Shown: positions 58,409 to 64,000 of the stretch, piece after piece
How the letters are laid out: each line of letters starts with the position of its first letter
Position numbering within the stretch: position 1 is the stretch's first letter
Origin: an uncultured Hyphomonas sp.
GTDB taxonomy: Bacteria > Pseudomonadota > Alphaproteobacteria > Caulobacterales > Hyphomonadaceae
Direction: 5' to 3'
Length of the DNA: 64,000 bases
Assembly (NCBI GenBank): GCA_964643405.1
Contig: CAZXQD010000005.1
Location: 297-64,296 of the forward strand
The notes under the pieces: model-generated
Told to the model about the DNA's origin: nothing
Seen by the model: only the letters and a program-made list of their open reading frames with translations
Databases searched by the model: none
Translations under genes and position numbers: made by a program

Positions 58409-60301
58409 ATGCTCACACGACGCAATCTACTCCGCACAGCCGCCGCCGGTGGTCTCTTCGCGGCATCCAGCGCCCTGCTCCCGGCTTGGGCACGCAGCGC
58501 CGCTGCCGGCAACAAGGGAATCTTTGAAGTCTCCGGTAACGCCTTTGACCTCACCGTCGGCCACAGCGCCGTCGAGATTGGCGGCCGCTCCGGCCATGCC
58601 ATCACCATCAACGGAACGCTGCCCGGACCACTCATCCGGTTCCGCGAAGGCGAAAAGGTGAGCCTCAAGGTCAACAACACACTCGACGAGGACACATCGA
58701 TCCACTGGCACGGGCTTCTCGTGCCGTTTCACATGGACGGGGTGCCCGGAGTTTCCTTCCCTGGCATCAAGCCGAAGTCCACGTTCACTTATGAGTTCGC
58801 GGTCCCGCAGAGCGGTACATACTGGTACCATTCGCACTCGGGTTTGCAGGAGCAAATGGGCCATTATGGTCCTCTGATCATTGACCCCGCAGGCAAGGAT
58901 CCCGTCAGTTATGACCGGGAGTATGTGCTCGTCCTGTCAGACTGGACGTTCGAACATCCGCACAAGGTATTTGCGCGCCTCAAGAAGGATGCGGCGGTCT
59001 ACAACTTTCAGCAGCGCACCGTTGGCGATTTCCTCAAGGACGCCAGGGAGAATGGCTTCGGAAAGACATTTGCTGACCGGGCCTCCTGGGGCGCCATGCG
59101 CATGTCTCCGACCGATATCTCGGATGTAACTGCATCCGTCTACTCTTACCTCATCAATGGTCATGCGACCTCAGACAACTGGACCGCGATATTCAATTCC
59201 GGCGAGCGTGTGCGGCTACGGATCATCAACGCGTCAGCCATGACAATCTTCAATTTCCGGATTCCGGGACTGCCGATGACGGTGGTAGCCGCTGACGGGC
59301 TCAATGTCCAACCAGTGGAGACCGACGAGTTCCAGATCGGGGTTGCAGAAACCTATGACGTGATCGTCAGTCCGACCCGCGCCCGGCCCTTTGCCCTCGT
59401 CGCGGAATCGATCGATCGGTCAGGACAGGTTGTTGCGACGCTGGCCCCTGAAGCCGGACTGGTAGCAACCGCTCCCCTGCTTCGCGAGCGCCCAACGCTC
59501 ACGCACCGCGACATGGGCATGGACATGGCGTCGATGGATCACGGTGCGATGGGTCATGGCGCGATGGCCGAGATGGACCATGGCAGCATGGCAGGAATGG
59601 ACCACAGCGCAATGCCCGGCATGGATCATAGCGCCATGGCGAAGACCGATACCGTCCCGCAAGACCATGACCACAAGATGGGTGTGGGTGTCGACAACGT
59701 CGCGATGGTTCAGGTAAGCCGCATCGACGAGCCGGGACTCGGTCTCGAGAATGTGCCGCACCGGGCGCTGCGGTATTCGCAGCTCAGGAGCCTCACACCC
59801 AACCCCGACACACGGGCGCCAGGCCGCGAAATGGAGATCCATCTCACGGGCAACATGGAACGCTACATGTGGTCCTTCGACGGCGTGAAGCTGAGTGAGG
59901 TAACGGGTCCGATCATTTTTCATGAAGGCGAACGCCTGCGCGTGACACTCGTCAACGATACGATGATGACGCATCCCATCCATTTGCACGGCATGTTCTT
60001 CGATCTCGTGGTTGGCGATACCGATCACAAGCCGCGCAAGCACACTGTGAACGTCAAACCGGCGGAGCGGCTGTCCTTTGATGTCACGGCAGACCATGTG
60101 GGAGACTGGGCTTTCCACTGCCACCTCCTCTTCCACATGCATGCCGGCATGATGCAGGTTGTCTCGGTCGTGCCGCGCAGTAAGGCCGCGATGTCTGATG
60201 ACGAGCACAAAGGACACAAGCCTTCCATTGCTCCGTCAGCGGAAGACAGGGCAAAGACCGAAACCGGGATGCCGGGTATGCAGCACGAAGGACATCGCTG
60301 A
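58409..60301 (+). CDS. copA: Copper-resistance multicopper oxidase
   Basis: TRRNLL Tat signal; HWHG, WYHSH, HPIHLHG, HCHLLFHM; MDH-rich insert. Confidence 0.96.
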   Translation: MLTRRNLLRTAAAGGLFAASSALLPAWARSAAAGNKGIFEVSGNAFDLTVGHSAVEIGGRSGHAITINGTLPGPLIRFREGEKVSLKVNNTLDEDTSIHWHGLLVPFHMDGVPGVSFPGIKPKSTFTYEFAVPQSGTYWYHSHSGLQEQMGHYGPLIIDPAGKDPVSYDREYVLVLSDWTFEHPHKVFARLKKDAAVYNFQQRTVGDFLKDARENGFGKTFADRASWGAMRMSPTDISDVTASVYSYLINGHATSDNWTAIFNSGERVRLRIINASAMTIFNFRIPGLPMTVVAADGLNVQPVETDEFQIGVAETYDVIVSPTRARPFALVAESIDRSGQVVATLAPEAGLVATAPLLRERPTLTHRDMGMDMASMDHGAMGHGAMAEMDHGSMAGMDHSAMPGMDHSAMAKTDTVPQDHDHKMGVGVDNVAMVQVSRIDEPGLGLENVPHRALRYSQLRSLTPNPDTRAPGREMEIHLTGNMERYMWSFDGVKLSEVTGPIIFHEGERLRVTLVNDTMMTHPIHLHGMFFDLVVGDTDHKPRKHTVNVKPAERLSFDVTADHVGDWAFHCHLLFHMHAGMMQVVSVVPRSKAAMSDDEHKGHKPSIAPSAEDRAKTETGMPGMQHEGHR

Positions 60302-61098
60302 TGAACAGCAGACATTTTTGCTCGGCCTTCGTATTGCTGTCCTTGGCGACCGCAGTTCCCGCCATCGCGCAGGAGCCGCCCGTACCCGGATCGCAGGCCG
60401 CAGCCTACTGGGACGCGGATGAGTTCAAGGCCTCTCAGGACGCGCTGAAAAAGGAACATGGCGGAGGAACAAACTTCATGATCCTAGCCGACCGGTTCGA
60501 ATACCAGTCCGGCGAGGGATCCCCCGCTCTTCTTCTGGAAGGTCAGGGCTGGTGGGGTACGGATGAAAGCCGGCTCTGGATAAAGTCCGAGATCGACTAC
60601 GATCTGGATGCCAGCAGTTTCGAAGAGGCTGAGGTACAGGCGCTCTGGTCCAAGCCCATCGCTCGGTACTTCGACCTGCAGGCAGGTGTTCGACATGATT
60701 TCGAACCGGGCCCATCCCGCACCTACGCCGCTCTCGGCGTTCAGGGGCTTGCTCCCTACTGGTTCGAAGTCGATGGCGTTTTCTTCCTGAGCGAAGAAGG
60801 CGATCTCTCCGCCCGTGTGGAAGCGGAGTATGAGTTCCTGCTGACACAGCGCCTCGTCCTGCAACCCCGCACAGAGCTGAACTTCGCGATGCAGGACGTG
60901 CCGGAACTTGAAACCGGCGCCGGACTTTCGACGGCCGAGCTTGGCCTGCGCCTGCGGTATGAGTTCGACCGTCAGTTCGCCCCCTATGTCGGCGTCAACT
61001 GGAAAGCCTCGACCGGCGACACCGCAGACTTCGCCCGCGCCCGCGGTGAGGACGCCGAAACCCTCTCCTTCGTCACCGGGATCAGGCTCTGGTTCTGA
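60301..61098 (+). CDS. copB: Copper resistance outer membrane protein B
   Basis: DRFEY, GVQGLAPYWFE, LTQRLVLQP, GLRLRYE, GIRLWF. Confidence 0.93.
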   Translation: MNSRHFCSAFVLLSLATAVPAIAQEPPVPGSQAAAYWDADEFKASQDALKKEHGGGTNFMILADRFEYQSGEGSPALLLEGQGWWGTDESRLWIKSEIDYDLDASSFEEAEVQALWSKPIARYFDLQAGVRHDFEPGPSRTYAALGVQGLAPYWFEVDGVFFLSEEGDLSARVEAEYEFLLTQRLVLQPRTELNFAMQDVPELETGAGLSTAELGLRLRYEFDRQFAPYVGVNWKASTGDTADFARARGEDAETLSFVTGIRLWF

Positions 61099-61140
61099 AC
61101 CGTATCCAACTTTAGCTCAACGTCCGCGAAAGGACACAAA

Positions 61141-61494
61141 ATGCCCCGTTCAAAAGTGATTGCAGCCACACTTCTGGCCTTCGCCCTCTCCGCCGCGCCT
61201 GCGCTCGCGCATGTCAGTGTCAAGACGACCAACATTGCAGACGCCGCCGTCATAGACGTGTTACCGGACGACTTCACGTTCAGCTTCAGCCAGCCAGTCG
61301 GTCTGATCGCGTTCTCGGTGAAAACCGAAGCAGGAGAGGCCGTCGAGATTGGCTTCACACCTCCAAAGGCACCGGCTGCCACATTCACAGTTCCGCTACC
61401 TGATCTGGCGCCGGGTCTCTACACTGTGGAGTGGCGCACGATGTCAAAAGATGGTCATCCGATGACCGGCAAATCGACCTTCGAACTGAAGTAG
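61141..61494 (+). CDS. copC: Copper chaperone CopC
   Basis: Mature N-terminal His after ALA; GLYTVEWRTMSKDGH. Confidence 0.9.
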   Translation: MPRSKVIAATLLAFALSAAPALAHVSVKTTNIADAAVIDVLPDDFTFSFSQPVGLIAFSVKTEAGEAVEIGFTPPKAPAATFTVPLPDLAPGLYTVEWRTMSKDGHPMTGKSTFELK

Positions 61495-61506
61495 GGGGCC
61501 GCCGCC

Positions 61507-62337
61507 ATGCCCCTGCTGGACGCCGCCAATATCGTAACCAAGGTATTGCTCTACGCAGTCAGCCTCGGAGCGATCGGGGCGGCGCTCCACGGGGCGCTCG
61601 GCCTGATGACGAACCGCCGTGCATATTTCCGGCTCGCAGGTCTGGTGACCGTTGCAGCGGCTCTGCGGCTCGTCATTCTGAACGCTCAGATGGGCGGAAG
61701 TCTTGGCGCGGCTTTCTCGACTGAACAGTTCGGTTGGACCTGGGCCGCTGGCGGGCGCCCTGCCCTCGCGCTGCTCGTCGGCGCGGGCTTTCTCGTTGTG
61801 GCCGGCCTTATACGTCACCGGGTCCTTCTGGTGCCCGCCGCCATCAGCATCAGCGCAAGCTTTGCCCTTACAGGACATTCAGCGGGGCTGGCGGCGCCGG
61901 GCTTGGCGCCATGGATCGTGGCGGGCCATCTTCTGATCGCAGGCTTCTGGTTTGCCGCGCCGGCGACTCTTTGGCCCCGGTCCGGGATGCAGGACGCTGA
62001 TGTTCTGGCCCGTACCGAGGCCTTCAGCCGGGTGGCACGCGTTATCGTGCCCCTGGTGTTCCTCTCAGGCATCTATCTGTTCTGGCGTATCAATGGCGGG
62101 TTCTCCGGCCTGCTCAGCTCCGGATACGGACAATTGCTTGCCTCCAAGCTTCTGGCGGCAACGCTGCTTCTCGGGCTCGGGGCGGTCAATCTGATGTTCG
62201 TCACGCGCCGGCTGGCAGCGCAGCCCGCCAGAGGGCGAGCCGCCTTGCGCGCGACACTGCGCGCCGAGGCTGTTCTGTTCGCCGCGATCGTCATCATTAT
62301 TGCCGCAGCCACAACCGTTTCTGGTCCAACTACCTGA
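61507..62337 (+). CDS. copD: CopD-family membrane protein
   Basis: ALTGHS, GHLLIAGFW, FSRVA, YGQLLASKL. Confidence 0.87.
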   Translation: MPLLDAANIVTKVLLYAVSLGAIGAALHGALGLMTNRRAYFRLAGLVTVAAALRLVILNAQMGGSLGAAFSTEQFGWTWAAGGRPALALLVGAGFLVVAGLIRHRVLLVPAAISISASFALTGHSAGLAAPGLAPWIVAGHLLIAGFWFAAPATLWPRSGMQDADVLARTEAFSRVARVIVPLVFLSGIYLFWRINGGFSGLLSSGYGQLLASKLLAATLLLGLGAVNLMFVTRRLAAQPARGRAALRATLRAEAVLFAAIVIIIAAATTVSGPTT

Positions 62338-62347
62338 GGAGCCTAAA

Positions 62348-62827
62348 ATGAAACCTGTCTTGTTCAGCCTCGCCGCGGCCACCCTGATCGCATTTTCTGA
62401 CCCGGCGCTTGCCGATGAGGCGACGAGCCCGTCAGCGGCGAAGTCACCCATCGAGACTGTTGTTGCCTTCGGCGCAGCGCTGGAAGCAGGTGACGAGGCG
62501 GCGCTCGTGAGCCTGCTGGCCGCTGATGTGCAGATTGCAGAAAGCGGCGGCATCGAGCGGTCGCTCGAAGAATACCGCTCACACCACATGGCTGCTGACA
62601 TCACGTTTTCTAAAGCGGTTGAGACAACCGTCCTCGACCGGCAGGTCTTTGAAGGCGGCGGCCTCGTGACCATTCTGACTGAGTCCGTGTCGAAAGGAAC
62701 GTTTCGGAACAAGCCGGTCAACAGCCGTCTGATGGAGACAATGGTGCTGCAGGAAACCGGCGGCGTGTGGAAGATCGTCCACATTCACTGGTCCTCGGCC
62801 AGCCTTGCCACCGATCATGACCATTGA
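62348..62827 (+). CDS. Exported NTF2-like (DUF4440/SnoaL) protein
   Basis: Signal peptide; EYRSHHMAAD, ETMVL, WKIVHIHWSS, C-terminal HDH. Confidence 0.8.
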   Translation: MKPVLFSLAAATLIAFSDPALADEATSPSAAKSPIETVVAFGAALEAGDEAALVSLLAADVQIAESGGIERSLEEYRSHHMAADITFSKAVETTVLDRQVFEGGGLVTILTESVSKGTFRNKPVNSRLMETMVLQETGGVWKIVHIHWSSASLATDHDH

Positions 62828-62844
62828 AATGCTGGGACACAACC

Positions 62845-62880
62845 GAAGACCGCATTTGCGCGGTCTTCTGTTCTGTTTCT
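62845..62880 (+). terminator. Intrinsic terminator
   Basis: GAAGACCGC-ATTTGC-GCGGTCTTC stem followed by TGTTCTGTTTCT. Confidence 0.7.
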
Positions 62881-62915
62881 GAAATCAGACAGAGACGGGC
62901 ACAAAGCTGGAAATA

Positions 62916-62960
62916 TACCCCTATGGGGTAATTGACGGATACCCCTTAGGGGTATAGTTA
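62916..62960 (+). promoter_or_regulatory. Two CsoR-type operators flanking a -35 box
   Basis: TACCCCTATGGGGTA (62916), TTGACG (62932), ATACCCCTTAGGGGTAT (62939). Confidence 0.85.
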
Positions 62961-62992
62961 CCTCGCTAGCTAACGTCTCCAGGAGCTCCAGC

Positions 62993-64000
62993 ATGTCCTC
63001 GACCCCAAACTCGATTTCACCTGATCAAAAAGCCAAACGGGACCCCGTTTGCGGGATGACGCCGAAAGCAGACAGTCCGCACCGACTGGTGCACCAGGGC
63101 GCCGAGATCCTGTTCTGCAGCGCGGGTTGCAAAGCCAAGTTCGAGGCCGATCCCTCCGCCTACCCTGTCGCGGAAGAAGCACGCACCGTCCCGGAACCCC
63201 ACGCGCATGGCCATTCAGGTCATGGCGCCGGTTGTCATCATCACGCGGCAACACCCGCACCCAAGACAGCGGCGCCCGGAAGCCAGTGGACCTGCCCCAT
63301 GCACCCGGAAATCCTCCGAGATGGTCCGGGAGACTGCCCGATCTGTGGTATGGCGCTGGAGCCGTTGACCCCAAGCGCAAGCGACGGTCCCAATCCTGAG
63401 CTGCGCGACATGAAGCGGCGTTTTGTGTTCGGGCTCGTTCTGTCCCTGCCGTTGCTGGCTATTGAAATGGGCGGGCACGTCTTCGGCGTCGACCGCTTGA
63501 TTCCGCCGACCATCAATCCCTGGATCCAGATGGCGCTGGCGACGCCTGTCGTGCTCTGGGCGGGCTGGCCTTTCTTTGCTCGGGGCGTCGCCTCGGTCAG
63601 GAACCGCAGCCTCAACATGTTCTCGCTGATCGCGCTCGGCACGGGTGCAGCCTGGATCTACAGCATGGTGGCAGCGATTGCGCCGGATCTGTTCCCCGCC
63701 GAGCTGCGTTCGGCGCATGGCACCGTGCCGGTCTACTTTGAAGCCGCTGCAGTCATCATCACTTTAGTCCTGCTCGGCCAGGTACTGGAACTTCAGGCCC
63801 GTGAGGCAACGGGCGGCGCCATCCGTGCGCTCCTTGACCTTGCCCCGAAAACCGCGCGCCGCATCCATGGCGATGGCAGCGAAGAAGATGTGCCGCTGGA
63901 GACGGTCGTCGCCGGTGACAGGCTGCGCGTGCGCCCTGGAGAAAAGGTACCGGCTGACGGTGTCGTCCTTGAAGGACGCTCCTCCATCGACGAGTCGATG
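62993..64000 (+). CDS. Cu(+)/Ag(+) P1B-type ATPase with YHS-like domain (runs off window end)
   Basis: Not in the ORF track. Manual translation: DPVCGM, FCSAGC, WTCPMHP, CPICGMALEP, LNMFSLI, YFEAAA, RPGEKVPADG, IDESM; AGGAG RBS. Confidence 0.93.
   Translation, partial: MSSTPNSISPDQKAKRDPVCGMTPKADSPHRLVHQGAEILFCSAGCKAKFEADPSAYPVAEEARTVPEPHAHGHSGHGAGCHHHAATPAPKTAAPGSQWTCPMHPEILRDGPGDCPICGMALEPLTPSASDGPNPELRDMKRRFVFGLVLSLPLLAIEMGGHVFGVDRLIPPTINPWIQMALATPVVLWAGWPFFARGVASVRNRSLNMFSLIALGTGAAWIYSMVAAIAPDLFPAELRSAHGTVPVYFEAAAVIITLVLLGQVLELQAREATGGAIRALLDLAPKTARRIHGDGSEEDVPLETVVAGDRLRVRPGEKVPADGVVLEGRSSIDESM

Noticed and set aside
59512..59640. Tandem ATGGA(T/C)CA repeats resembling an array
   Set aside because: Encodes the Met/His-rich MDH insert typical of CopA oxidases; not CRISPR.

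Overview
Alphaproteobacterial chromosome segment; gene content and style suggest Hyphomonas/Caulobacterales (inference). 1-43.8 kb is GC-rich backbone: partial mmsA, EmrAB-like pump, a Tat-signal FAD oxidase/PLP-enzyme pair, acyl-CoA dehydrogenase, tonB-exbB-exbD-exbD-TPR, a two-component system, a Fur-boxed PepSY-DUF2271-DUF4198-ApbE cluster, opgGH, a TonB-dependent receptor, a decayed HWE kinase-receiver, exonuclease + ATP-dependent ligase, an RND pump, and a polyprenyl-phospho-pentose glycosylation cluster (HAD-UbiA, GtrA, GT87, GT-C-like protein, acyltransferase, GMC oxidase, aldo/keto reductase). 44-56.8 kb is an accessory mosaic: an XRE regulator with three operator-like sites, IS3 and IS6-like debris, LysR/SDR/Atu4866/RidA, a nonsense-broken nucleotidyltransferase, and a lower-GC four-gene CHASE2/CHAT protease module. 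Three copies of a 70-106 bp modular direct repeat bound these last units like cassettes. 56.8-64 kb is a CsoR-type copper locus (CusF-like, copABCD, NTF2-like, partial P1B ATPase). Best novelty candidates: the pentose-lipid pathway with a GMC/AKR pair instead of DprE1/DprE2, the exported CHAT-CHASE2 module, and the repeat-delimited cassette architecture. All calls come from reading motifs by eye and identities were counted by hand; no database searches were run. No tRNA, rRNA or CRISPR array was seen.
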